From NCBI GenBank assembly GCA_043813075.1, contig JBDRLL010000017.1, positions 1 to 42,927 on the forward strand: DNA of 42,927 bases, given 5' to 3'. Below are positions 1-8,958 of this stretch, piece by piece. This stretch comes from Candidatus Altiarchaeota archaeon (lineage in GTDB: Archaea > Altiarchaeota > Altiarchaeia > IMC4 > SCGC-AAA252-I15). The translations under genes were made by a program, and so were the position numbers. Each line of letters begins with the position of its first letter. The stretch's first letter is position 1. The notes beneath the pieces are model-generated. The model ran no database searches. It was not told where the DNA came from and worked only from the letters and a program-made list of their open reading frames with translations.

Positions 1-442
1 CCCTGACAATCCGCAACAGCTTATCCTTCTTCAACACGATATCCTCGTACTTATCCTTGAAGCCAACTGTAAAAGCCCTTAGTATGTCCTCACGCTCACT
101 GCCGGTTCGGAAGGATGGTATGTACTTCAGGTTGTTCAACTCGCATCCCGCAATCTCCCTCGTGTAGACATCATCCCCCGATAGTGTGGCCTCATGATCC
201 TCAGGCACCTCAAGGAAAGCCTCCTTGTCTATACGGGTCAGTATCTTGTTGAGTGGGTTGAACACGTAATTCGTCTGGAATCCGTCACGAACTCCAAACA
301 CATAAGCGTATGCCGAGTGTATGCCAAGCTGATATGCTATGCCTATCTTGTTCTCGTCAAGGACTTCCGGCCTGCGGTAAGTCAGCTCGTTAAGGGTTAC
401 TCCAGGAAGCCTGTCCATCACCACGTAATCCCTGTCAAACAT
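1..442 (-). CDS. Partial ORF (runs off window) resembling the C-lobe of a PI3/PI4-kinase or HipA-like atypical kinase
   Basis: Not in the ORF track; translated by hand from the ATG at 442: MFDRDYVVMDRLPGVTLNEL...HSAYAYVFGVRDGFQTNYVFNPLNKILTRIDKEAF..., open to the window edge. The D-x4-N catalytic loop (DGFQTN) and downstream ID (RIDKE) echo the PI3K motif YxLGxxDRHxxN...HIDFG. Confidence 0.6.
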   Translation of the reverse strand, partial: MFDRDYVVMDRLPGVTLNELTYRRPEVLDENKIGIAYQLGIHSAYAYVFGVRDGFQTNYVFNPLNKILTRIDKEAFLEVPEDHEATLSGDDVYTREIAGCELNNLKYIPSFRTGSEREDILRAFTVGFKDKYEDIVLKKDKLLRIVR

Positions 443-454
443 CGTTTAAGCAAC

Positions 455-1003
455 CTATTTTCGTTTAATACGCGCCTGCCGTGGGACAACCTGCATCCGG
501 AATACGGGCATGTTCAACTCGACTTCAAGCCTGTTTGACGACGCACCTCTAATGAGGCCAGAACCATCTTCATCACCCATCGGAGGCAACCCGAGGAACA
601 GCCTTATGTCGTCTTCCGCCACATACGGCTCTGACTCCCCACGCCTGCTTTGCACGCTACAATAGAATCCCCGCCCATCCTCCCTGTGGTCACGCTGGAC
701 TCCGGAGACGATAAGGTCATCTGTTTCACCCATATTCCTCATCCGCTTTACGGCGCCGAAAAACCGTCCCTGCTCATGACTCGCATTCACAAATTCCCTG
801 AGCTTATCGGCTTCCCCCTCAAGGTCTATACCAGGGTCGAACTTGCTCTTATCTGCAGTGGCAGAAGCTACTGACGGCTGTCCTACATAGACTACTTCAG
901 GCAGTCTCGTCTCAACATTGGCGTTCAGCCGCTCCGCCTCCCGGATAGACTCTTCCTTAGCAGCCTTGACTATCTCCATGAATGCCTCAAACGAGCCGGC
1001 CAT
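455..1003 (-). CDS. Hypothetical protein (possibly the N-terminal part of the downstream kinase-like ORF)
   Basis: 182-aa ORF with ATG and an AT-rich upstream region; same reading frame as the 1..442 ORF. Confidence 0.6.
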   Translation of the reverse strand: MAGSFEAFMEIVKAAKEESIREAERLNANVETRLPEVVYVGQPSVASATADKSKFDPGIDLEGEADKLREFVNASHEQGRFFGAVKRMRNMGETDDLIVSGVQRDHREDGRGFYCSVQSRRGESEPYVAEDDIRLFLGLPPMGDEDGSGLIRGASSNRLEVELNMPVFRMQVVPRQARIKRK

Positions 1004-1034
1004 TATATAGAATGAGGCGATTATTGAATAAATA

Positions 1035-1544
1035 TCATGCCGTCATGCACTCTGGACTGCCTTCCACGCAGACTTCCCCGATAGTGCATATCTCCAGTGT
1101 GTGGGAGCGTGTCTTACCCTTGCAGGCACTCTCCTCGGTACCTGGCTTGTAGCAGTAGAATGTCGTAGTCTCCTCAGTCACCAGTTTCTTGTCGTTGCCC
1201 CTGCATCTTATCTCCACAATCTGTTTGGGGCAGTCATCTAATGAATTGCATTCCCCCACCATCAACGTCGTCGTGGTGGTCGAAGTTCTCACAGTACTGG
1301 TTGTTGAAGTGGATGTTGTGAACGTGGTTGTCGTCGTGGACGGCCTGACTGTCGTAGTCGTGGTATACAATGTTGTCGTAGTCGTGGTCGTCTCACCTGG
1401 AGTGAAAACAGAGAATATTGACTTGAATAATCCTATTACCGGGTCCAGAAAACAGCATAGGCTGCCCTCATCAGCTGAAACAGAGGTTATGGACAGGAAG
1501 ATGAATACCGTTAAGGCAACCACCAATGAAGCCCGACTTTGCAT
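1035..1544 (-). CDS. Secreted Thr-rich protein with Cys-rich C-terminal domain
   Basis: Signal peptide, poly-Thr linker, CxxxDDC motif and further Cys residues. Confidence 0.75.
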   Translation of the reverse strand: MQSRASLVVALTVFIFLSITSVSADEGSLCCFLDPVIGLFKSIFSVFTPGETTTTTTTLYTTTTTVRPSTTTTTFTTSTSTTSTVRTSTTTTTLMVGECNSLDDCPKQIVEIRCRGNDKKLVTEETTTFYCYKPGTEESACKGKTRSHTLEICTIGEVCVEGSPECMTA

Positions 1545-1616
1545 GTAATCTTAACTACGTGGTAGCTTAAATACATTTCATATTTTAATGTCAATGTACT
1601 AATTGATAACCCGTAT

Positions 1617-3185
1617 ATGAAGTGTATTGTAGTTACGGGGGGAGTGTTGAGCGGCCTCGGTAAGGGGGTTGTAACTGCTTCTATCGGAAGAATCCTGTCG
1701 GACATGGGTTATTCCGTTAAACCTGTTAAAATCGACGGCTACGTGAACGTAGATCCAGGCACGATGAACCCATATGAGCATGGGGAGGTATACGTGCTGG
1801 ATGATGGTAGTGAAACAGACCTTGACTTGGGGCACTATGAGAGATTTCTGAACAAAGACCTGACTGGCCAGTCAAACATGACTACTGGAAGCGTATACAA
1901 GACGGTCATAGAGAAGGAGAGGAGGGGGGAATACCTCGGGAAGACGGTCCAGGTGATACCCCACATAACCGATGAGATAAAGAGGAGGATAAACCAGTTC
2001 GACACAGACATAGTCACCATCGAAGTAGGTGGGACTGTGGGAGACATTGAGAACCAGGTCTTCATCGAGGCATTAAGACAGATGAGCCTCGACGCGATAA
2101 ACGACTTCCTATTCATACACTTGTCTTATGTGCCCATAATCCTTAGTGGAGAGCAGAAGACTAAGCCCACACAGCACAGCGTGAAAGAGCTTCTCGGCAT
2201 GGGCATTCAACCAGACATACTGATTGGAAGGTGCAGTATACCACTTTCCAAATCTACAAAAAGGAAGATAGCCCTCTTCTGCGGTGTTGGGGAGGAATGT
2301 GTTCTCAGCAACCATGACCTTGAGGACACGTACTTACTGCCGAAAGAGCTTACAAAACAGGACATAGGGCTGCTGATAACAAAGAAACTTGGTTTAAGGA
2401 AGAGGAAGCCGAAACCGTCAAAATGGGATAAGCTGGTGAACAAGATGAGGAAGCCCAGTGAAGAGGTGACTATCGGCATAGTTGGCAAATACACTGGACT
2501 TGAAGACGCTTACCTCAGCATAAAAGAGTCGTTCAAGCATGCTGGAGCAGCCAACTCGTGCAACGTCAACATGAGGTGGATAGAGTCGGATGAGATGACT
2601 GACGGAGAACTCGACAAAGTCGATGGAGTCCTGGTTCCCGGAGGATTCGGCAGCAGGGGTGTTGAAGGGAAGATAGATGCGGTTAGATACGTCAGGGAGA
2701 ACAACATACCTTTCCTTGGGATATGCCTCGGAATGCAGGTTGCTGTGATAGAATATGCTAGAAACGCGTGTGGGATGGAAAAAGCGAACACAACAGAATC
2801 AGATGAGGATACGCCCTACCCGGTGATAGACTACATTCCTGAGCAAAAGGACATAAAAGACAAGGGCGGCACAATGCGTCTCGGAGCATACAGGTGCGCC
2901 ATAAAACCAGATACACTAGCGTCAAGACTATACGGGAAGAAAGAGGTTTCAGAGCGTCATAGGCACAGATACGAGGTGAACCCGGAATACGTCAATAAAC
3001 TCGAGGAGTGCGGCCTGGTGTTCTCAGGCATGAACCCGGAGAGGAACCTGGTCGAGATGCTTGAGATACCGTCACACCCATATTTCATTGCATCGCAATT
3101 CCACCCAGAATTCAAGAGCAGGCTAGAGGAGCCGGCCCCACTGTTCAACGGCCTTGTTAAGGCTGCCTTAAAGTCTAAGAAGTAG
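1617..3185 (+). CDS. pyrG: CTP synthase
   Basis: VTGGVLSGLGKG, NVDPGTMNPYEHGEV, KTKPTQHSV; glutaminase motifs GICLG, RHRHRYE, QFHPEF. Confidence 0.98.
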   Translation: MKCIVVTGGVLSGLGKGVVTASIGRILSDMGYSVKPVKIDGYVNVDPGTMNPYEHGEVYVLDDGSETDLDLGHYERFLNKDLTGQSNMTTGSVYKTVIEKERRGEYLGKTVQVIPHITDEIKRRINQFDTDIVTIEVGGTVGDIENQVFIEALRQMSLDAINDFLFIHLSYVPIILSGEQKTKPTQHSVKELLGMGIQPDILIGRCSIPLSKSTKRKIALFCGVGEECVLSNHDLEDTYLLPKELTKQDIGLLITKKLGLRKRKPKPSKWDKLVNKMRKPSEEVTIGIVGKYTGLEDAYLSIKESFKHAGAANSCNVNMRWIESDEMTDGELDKVDGVLVPGGFGSRGVEGKIDAVRYVRENNIPFLGICLGMQVAVIEYARNACGMEKANTTESDEDTPYPVIDYIPEQKDIKDKGGTMRLGAYRCAIKPDTLASRLYGKKEVSERHRHRYEVNPEYVNKLEECGLVFSGMNPERNLVEMLEIPSHPYFIASQFHPEFKSRLEEPAPLFNGLVKAALKSKK

Positions 3186-5259
3186 TCTTTTTCCTGGCTA
3201 TGAGGGCTACCGCAAGCAGGATAAAGACGACTGCAACCGCAATGTATAGGGGGTTTGCAGGAGTTTTAGTAATCTGGCCCGCATCCTCTTTCACGTCCAG
3301 GCCAGTGGAGCGTATAATGTCCTCCGATTTGAGCACGCCTATCTCATAGCCTAATTCAGTGTATATCTCACGCGCAGTCAAAGCGTATGACAGTGCCTGC
3401 CCCATATTCCCTGAATCAATGCTCTTAACAGCCTTTATCATCAAGTCATCTGCCGTAATCCTCCGGTCTATATCCCTGACCCGCCTTAAACCCTCAGTGT
3501 CATTAATCAGCTTGTAAGTGTCCTCCGCCTTGCTTATATAATGCCTTGCCTCTATCAGGTCTGTATTATTGAAGTATGTCAAGACGCCCAGGAAGTAATA
3601 CGAGTCAGCACTCATCTTGCCGTAAACCCGTTCAACCATCACGTCCGCCCCCAAAACACCCTCAGTGTAGTTTAGCACCCTGAAAATCCTGGATGCCTGA
3701 AGGATTTTAAACTTGGAATCATTGTACTTCCCTGACGTATAGTCCAGCTGAGACAGGTCTACGAGCTCTTCCGCCTCCATCTGGAGTGAAGACTTCTTCT
3801 GAAGAACCAATGCCCGCTCGATGCCAGGAGTGTATCCGATAGACTCAAAGATCTCAAGTGATCTTGCAGACAATTCTCCTGCACTGGTAAAATAGCCGAA
3901 CTCATAGTACACTTCACCCATGTTAAAGAACTCGTCAGCCTCAATCCTCTTCTCCATCCTTGACGCCTTCAACAAGCCCTCCGTGTCCCCTATCTTGGAG
4001 TATTCATTCCTAGCCAAATCATTGAAGGCAAGGGCGTTAGCGAAAGATCCTTTCCCATAGAAGTCCTCGGCCCTACCATACAAACGCTCTGCATTGGAGC
4101 GGTCAACCATGCTCCTACTGGAGTAAACCACTATACCCCCATTATTTAGGGTCACTATTATCTCTGGTTTATGGTCTCCGGTTATGTCTGCGACCAATGG
4201 CCGGCCATACAGGCTTGACTTGAATTCTCTTGACCAGATGGCACTTGAATGGTCCAGCATGTATAATGTGTCGCCCTGCGGATAAAGTATTTCCATTATC
4301 CCGTCCGAGTCGATGTCCCCTAGGACAGGTTCAACGTCAAGGGTTGACTGTGTAGTGTAATACCATAATCCGTCCCCAGTATGGTTGACTGCGTAAAGCG
4401 ACCTCTTTTTAGTCCCGACAAGCGCGTCCATAACACCGTCCGAATTAAGGTCCAATACGACCGAACCCGTTGAAACACCCCTTGAAACAGGATATACGTC
4501 TTCAACGTCAAAGCCTTTATCACCATAGCTGAGCGAGTATATTCTCCCGCCGCTCGTAGAATACACTATCTCCCTATTGAAGTCGCCGTCAAAGTCGACA
4601 ACATTTATCGGCTGCATCACGTCACCCACGTCAGAGTAGAATTCAGGCTCGTAGGGCGGTGTTTTAAGCAGATACATCAGGTCTCCTGCACCAAAGAGGA
4701 TTTCAACAACACCATCAGAATCAACGTCTGAAACAACAGGAGGCGTTGATATCATGCGGATGGACTTCACACCCCATATCAGAGATCCGCTAGATGAGTA
4801 TAGTGCCACATTATAACCCCCCAAAACCAGGACTTCAAGGCCTATCCTACCGTCAAGGTCAGCTATCCTAACATACCTGCCTCCCGCAATGAGGGTCTTA
4901 GACCATGCCTGGTCCCCAATGTCACCGTGCAGACGGACTTGATACACTTCAACACCTGACTCATGGCCAACAGCAACTTCCGTAACACCATCTCCGTCCA
5001 GATCACCGACGTCGACAGAGTATATCTCGCCACCCACCGGATATTCACCGACCTTCTCGCCCTTAGGATTCAATAGGTATAACACACCCTCAGAAGGATA
5101 GAACAACCAGGTTTCGTTAAGGCCTTTAACAAAACCGGGGATAGGATTTCCGGAGGGCCTTGTGTTTGGATTGAAATTCCAGTAGACTTCATAGTCCAGG
5201 ACTGCATTCGAGCTTCCAGCCAGCAACAGTATCGCGAGAAATGCAAAAAACGATTTCAT
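3175..5259 (-). CDS. Membrane-anchored FG-GAP/VCBS repeat beta-propeller protein with TPR-like helical stalk
   Basis: Signal peptide; repeated DxDGDGxxE motifs; helical repeats; C-terminal TM helix and basic tail. Confidence 0.85.
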   Translation of the reverse strand: MKSFFAFLAILLLAGSSNAVLDYEVYWNFNPNTRPSGNPIPGFVKGLNETWLFYPSEGVLYLLNPKGEKVGEYPVGGEIYSVDVGDLDGDGVTEVAVGHESGVEVYQVRLHGDIGDQAWSKTLIAGGRYVRIADLDGRIGLEVLVLGGYNVALYSSSGSLIWGVKSIRMISTPPVVSDVDSDGVVEILFGAGDLMYLLKTPPYEPEFYSDVGDVMQPINVVDFDGDFNREIVYSTSGGRIYSLSYGDKGFDVEDVYPVSRGVSTGSVVLDLNSDGVMDALVGTKKRSLYAVNHTGDGLWYYTTQSTLDVEPVLGDIDSDGIMEILYPQGDTLYMLDHSSAIWSREFKSSLYGRPLVADITGDHKPEIIVTLNNGGIVVYSSRSMVDRSNAERLYGRAEDFYGKGSFANALAFNDLARNEYSKIGDTEGLLKASRMEKRIEADEFFNMGEVYYEFGYFTSAGELSARSLEIFESIGYTPGIERALVLQKKSSLQMEAEELVDLSQLDYTSGKYNDSKFKILQASRIFRVLNYTEGVLGADVMVERVYGKMSADSYYFLGVLTYFNNTDLIEARHYISKAEDTYKLINDTEGLRRVRDIDRRITADDLMIKAVKSIDSGNMGQALSYALTAREIYTELGYEIGVLKSEDIIRSTGLDVKEDAGQITKTPANPLYIAVAVVFILLAVALIARKKTTS

Positions 5260-5308
5260 ACTAGTCTAAATCTATGGCGTATGAAAACTTAAATATCTGA
5301 AAAATGGT

Positions 5309-6034
5309 TTATCTGCCCTGTTTCTGCAGTTTCTCAAGATAATCGCCTATACGCTCTATAGCCCTCAGCAACTCTATCGGTATTGCATAGACTATTGTAT
5401 CAGACTGGTCGGACGACAAGTCGTTTATAGTATGAAGCGTCCGCAGGTGAAGCGCCCCTGGAGTGCCGTAGAGGTTTTTAGCAGCGTTCGCGATGTTCTC
5501 AGCAGCAACAACCTCGCCCTCAGAATTGATTATGACACCACGCTTCTCACGCTCTGCTTCAGCCTGTTTCGCCATCGTCCGCTTCATGTTCTCAGGAAGC
5601 TCGATGTCCTGAAGCTCGATTGCCGTGACGTCAATACCCCACGGGTCAGTGGCCTCGTCGACTATCTCCCTGAGTCGTTCAGAAATCTTCTGCCTCTCGC
5701 TCAAAAGCTCGTCGAGTGTCGCCTCTCCAGTAACGTTCCTCAATGCCGTTTGAGCGTATTTTGCGGTAGCATATATGTAGTCCCTAATGTTTATTATCGC
5801 CTTCTCAGAGTCAAACACCTTGAAGTATATGACCGCGTTAATGTTCACAGGGACATTGTCCCTACTCATAACCTCCTGCTTTGGAATGTCCAACGTCTTC
5901 ACACGCACATCAACCTTCTGTATGGAATGGTAGAATGGTATCTGAATGTGCAGTCCCGGCTCCCAAATCCCCTTAAACCTCCCAAAACCAAACACCACAC
6001 CCTTCTCATACTGTGTTATAACCCTGGGTATCAT
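5309..6034 (-). CDS. SPFH/band 7 (stomatin-like) protein lacking an N-terminal hydrophobic segment
   Basis: VDVRVKTLDIPKQEVMSRDNVPV, AQTALR, TDPWGI, MAKQAEAERE, LRTL motifs; SD GGAGGAGGTG upstream. Confidence 0.93.
   Translation of the reverse strand: MIPRVITQYEKGVVFGFGRFKGIWEPGLHIQIPFYHSIQKVDVRVKTLDIPKQEVMSRDNVPVNINAVIYFKVFDSEKAIINIRDYIYATAKYAQTALRNVTGEATLDELLSERQKISERLREIVDEATDPWGIDVTAIELQDIELPENMKRTMAKQAEAEREKRGVIINSEGEVVAAENIANAAKNLYGTPGALHLRTLHTINDLSSDQSDTIVYAIPIELLRAIERIGDYLEKLQKQGR
5541..5675. repeat. 135-bp near-identical direct repeat, copy 1 (partner 6234-6368)
   Basis: Manual alignment at offset 693 shows 3 mismatches in 135 bp. A further identical 41 bp occurs at 5821-5861 vs 6514-6554. 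Confidence 0.9.
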
Positions 6035-6820
6035 CTAATCCACCTCCTCCAGACTCCTAAGCAACTCCAATGGAACCATGAACACGACCTTATTGCTCTG
6101 GTCAGACGAGATGTCATTCAGAGAATGCAATGTACGCAGATGAAGGGCGCCCTTGACACCATATAATATCTTAGCGGCCTTAACAAGGTTCTCCGACGCA
6201 ACAACCTCGCCCGACGCTTTTATTATTGTCGCCCGCTTCTCACGCTCTGCTTCAGCCTGTTTCGCCATCGTCCGCTTCATAGTCTCAGGAAGCTCGATGT
6301 CCTGAAGCTCGATTGCCGTGACTTCAATACCCCACGGGTCAGTGGCCTCGTCGACTATCTCCCTGAGTTGTTCGGCAATCTTCTTCCTCTCGCTCAGAAG
6401 GTCGTCTAGCGTAGCATCACCAGTTACATTCCTCAGGGAAGTCTGGCCGTATTTGGCCACAGCGTACACATAATCCTCAACGTTTAGGACTGCTCTGACA
6501 GGGTCCTTGACCCTGAAGTATATGACCGCGTTAATGTTCACAGGGACATTGTCCTTAGTTATGACTTCCTGCTTTGGAACGTCTACAGTAGCGATCCGCA
6601 GGTCCACCTTAATAACCCTGTGGTAAATAGGGATTACGAAATTCAGTCCTGGAGTGAGGGTTCCGACATACTTTCCGAATGCGAACAGAACACCCTTCTC
6701 ATACTCCTTGATTATCTTTATGAAGGACGATAGTAAGCCGATTATGAAAGGGAAGGATATGAATAATATGGGGAGCGAAAAGAAGATTCCAGCACATAAT
6801 CCGTTAGCCATTGCCATCAC
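6035..6820 (-). CDS. SPFH/band 7 (stomatin-like) membrane protein
   Basis: Hydrophobic N-terminus; VDLR, QEVITKDNVPV, TDPWGI, MAKQAEAEREKRA motifs. Confidence 0.93.
   Translation of the reverse strand: MMAMANGLCAGIFFSLPILFISFPFIIGLLSSFIKIIKEYEKGVLFAFGKYVGTLTPGLNFVIPIYHRVIKVDLRIATVDVPKQEVITKDNVPVNINAVIYFRVKDPVRAVLNVEDYVYAVAKYGQTSLRNVTGDATLDDLLSERKKIAEQLREIVDEATDPWGIEVTAIELQDIELPETMKRTMAKQAEAEREKRATIIKASGEVVASENLVKAAKILYGVKGALHLRTLHSLNDISSDQSNKVVFMVPLELLRSLEEVD
6234..6368. repeat. 135-bp near-identical direct repeat, copy 2 (partner 5541-5675)
   Basis: Same alignment as copy 1. Confidence 0.9.
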
Positions 6821-6863
6821 CGATACAATAAGTATTGTAATCCCCCATATAAAACAGTATGGT

Positions 6864-7070
6864 CTAGTTGAAAAACTCGTCCAGAATCACTGCTATCGAC
6901 TGCCTTTGAGGCTCCTCGATATACGGGCAGTCACCCATCTTCTTCTCATCGCGAACGAGTTTGACTGCGAACATCCTGCACTTTGGGAGTCCGCATGGAG
7001 ACTCCATCCCACAGTTCTTGCCGGGAAGATGTTGAAGTATCCTCAACGCAAAATCCTTTTCATCATCCAT
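6864..7070 (-). CDS. Small stand-alone Fe-S cluster domain protein (RnfB / CODH-ACS gamma N-terminal-like)
   Basis: LPGKNCG-x4-CGLPKC...FA...CPY matches the LPxxNCxxCGxxxC...CP pattern with an insertion; ATG 1 nt after the argD stop, SD GGAGGTG. Confidence 0.75.
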   Translation of the reverse strand: MDDEKDFALRILQHLPGKNCGMESPCGLPKCRMFAVKLVRDEKKMGDCPYIEEPQRQSIAVILDEFFN

Positions 7071-7071
7071 A

Positions 7072-8214
7072 CTAAAGCACCTCCTTTAATGAATCTGAAA
7101 AAAGCTTTATATGCTCATCACCGATTATCAGCGGAGGCAGCACGCGTATGGTGTTGCCGGAGTATATCGTTAGCACCCGCTCTCTGATAAGTTTCATGAC
7201 AGTACCCCTACCGTCCTTGACATTGAATCCTATCATCAACCCCATGCCACGCGCATCAAGACCATGATCTAGCAAGACATCCAGTAGTATGCCCCCCATC
7301 TTCTTAGAATTCTCAGAGAGCTTCTCCCCCAGTATCACGTCAACAGAAGCGTTAGCAGCCGCGCATGCAAGCGGATTCCCGTTGAATGTGCCGCCCTGCT
7401 GGCCTGCCTCAAAGTCGAATCCAGAGTAGAGGGCTGCTGATATGGGAAAACCACCGCCAAGCGCCTTCGCAAGGACGAGTATGTCAGGTTTTACGTTTTC
7501 ATGCTGGAATGCGAATAGCTTTCCCGTTCTGCCGAAACCGGTCTGGCATTCATCAACAATCAACAGCACACCCTTGTCCGCAGTGAACTCCCTCAACTCG
7601 CTTAGAAACCCCTTTTCAGGTATGTTCACACCAGCCTCGCCCTGTATGGGCTCCACTATGACCGCTGCGGTGTCCCCCGTAACCTGCTCTTTCAGAGACT
7701 CCATGCTACCATAGTCTGCGAACCTGACTCCAGGCACTAATGGCTCAAAAGGCTTCCTATACCTCTCACCCCAAGTGAGGCTTAGGGAACCCATCGTACG
7801 GCCATGGAAGGAGTTCTTGAACGCGACAACCTCCTTCTTGCCGGTCGCCTTTCTCGCGAGCTTGAATGACGTCTCCACCGCGCCGGAACCGTCGTTAGAG
7901 TAGAACAAGCGTTCCATGCCAGTGATACTAGTCAGCTTCTCGGCCAGCTCCAGCTGTGGGAGGGTGTAATACCAGTTTGAAGTGTGCATCAGCTTTTCAG
8001 CCTGTTTTTTGACCGCATCAACAACTTTAGGATGGCAGTTGCCCACATTGTTAACTGCTATCCCAGAGAACATGTCCAGATACTCGTGGCCCTCTATGTC
8101 GTAGAGATACATGCCGTTGCCGTGTGATATGGCCACTGGAAGGCGTTTGAATACTTGAGCTAGATGGGTTGACTCCATCTTGACGACATCATTAAGACCC
8201 ATTTTTAACGCCAT
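7072..8214 (-). CDS. argD: Acetylornithine aminotransferase-like class III PLP aminotransferase
   Basis: YLDMFSGIAVNNVG, FHGRTMG, EPIQGEAGV, DECQTGFGRTG, AKALGGGFP, GGTFNGNPLACA. Start could be 8199. Confidence 0.85.
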   Translation of the reverse strand: MALKMGLNDVVKMESTHLAQVFKRLPVAISHGNGMYLYDIEGHEYLDMFSGIAVNNVGNCHPKVVDAVKKQAEKLMHTSNWYYTLPQLELAEKLTSITGMERLFYSNDGSGAVETSFKLARKATGKKEVVAFKNSFHGRTMGSLSLTWGERYRKPFEPLVPGVRFADYGSMESLKEQVTGDTAAVIVEPIQGEAGVNIPEKGFLSELREFTADKGVLLIVDECQTGFGRTGKLFAFQHENVKPDILVLAKALGGGFPISAALYSGFDFEAGQQGGTFNGNPLACAAANASVDVILGEKLSENSKKMGGILLDVLLDHGLDARGMGLMIGFNVKDGRGTVMKLIRERVLTIYSGNTIRVLPPLIIGDEHIKLFSDSLKEVL

Positions 8215-8244
8215 TGTCTAATAATAAGTCTAGGTCGATTAAAT

Positions 8245-8958
8245 ATGCGGGAAAGTGACTGGATCCGCTCTTGGGCGAGGGATTTCCTGGAGGTTGGGGT
8301 TACTGTCGCGGTCATAATAATAGTCTTGAAGGTGACTCTTGGCGCTGAAATGCTGGTGCCACTGGTGGTGGTGACGTCCGGCAGCATGACTCATAATCCC
8401 GGAGACACTGCATGGATTGACTGGCTTAATTTTAGGAATGTCACTGGGGAAACGATAGACTCCTTCCCGCTTTTGAACGGGTTTAAGAGGGGTGACATGA
8501 TAATCGTTAAGAGCCCTGAGTCAGAGCTTGGCGACGTGATAATATATGAGCGTGACCTGCACCACAGGGATTTCATGGGTAATGACCCCATAATCCACAG
8601 GACCGTCGGCGTCATACACGTTTCAGACTGGACGTACGCCAGGCACGATGGCACACTCGATTGCATAACCATGGCGGACATAGATGAGGCGATAGAGTCT
8701 GTGAAGTCATGCCAGTCGGGGGGTGAATGCCGCTACCCAATGTACCCAAGCTCAGGGTCATTCAAGCTTTACGTGACAAAGGGGGACAATAACCAGGGCA
8801 GCGACCAATGCTCTAACAGACTTAGGATAGCATACCTCGTTAATGAAGCGCAGATTACTGGCAGGGGTTTCATAAGGATACCGTATATAGGTTACGTTAA
8901 ACTACTGATGAACCTGATACTCAGCCCGATAATATTCGTTATAAGAAGCTTATTCTAG
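8245..8958 (+). CDS. Signal peptidase I (S26, archaeal Sec11-type)
   Basis: TM helix, then VVVTSGSM (Ser), GD, PIIHR (His), TKGDNN...D and a C-terminal IPYIG. Confidence 0.85.
   Translation: MRESDWIRSWARDFLEVGVTVAVIIIVLKVTLGAEMLVPLVVVTSGSMTHNPGDTAWIDWLNFRNVTGETIDSFPLLNGFKRGDMIIVKSPESELGDVIIYERDLHHRDFMGNDPIIHRTVGVIHVSDWTYARHDGTLDCITMADIDEAIESVKSCQSGGECRYPMYPSSGSFKLYVTKGDNNQGSDQCSNRLRIAYLVNEAQITGRGFIRIPYIGYVKLLMNLILSPIIFVIRSLF

Noticed and set aside
1189-1548. Poly-Val hydrophobic ORF
   Set aside because: Reverse complement of the poly-Thr codons of 1035-1544.
440-6037. Amber (TAG) recoding suggested by in-frame TAGs at 455 and 6035
   Set aside because: The first is followed by an in-frame TAA, and many conserved genes end in TAG at their expected positions.
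5432-6166. 244-aa plus-strand ORF
   Set aside because: Antisense to two well-supported SPFH genes; no recognisable motifs.
5541-6554. Diversity-generating retroelement TR/VR pair
   Set aside because: No reverse transcriptase in the window, both copies lie in equivalent positions of paralogous genes, and the mismatches are too few and not consistently adenine-specific.
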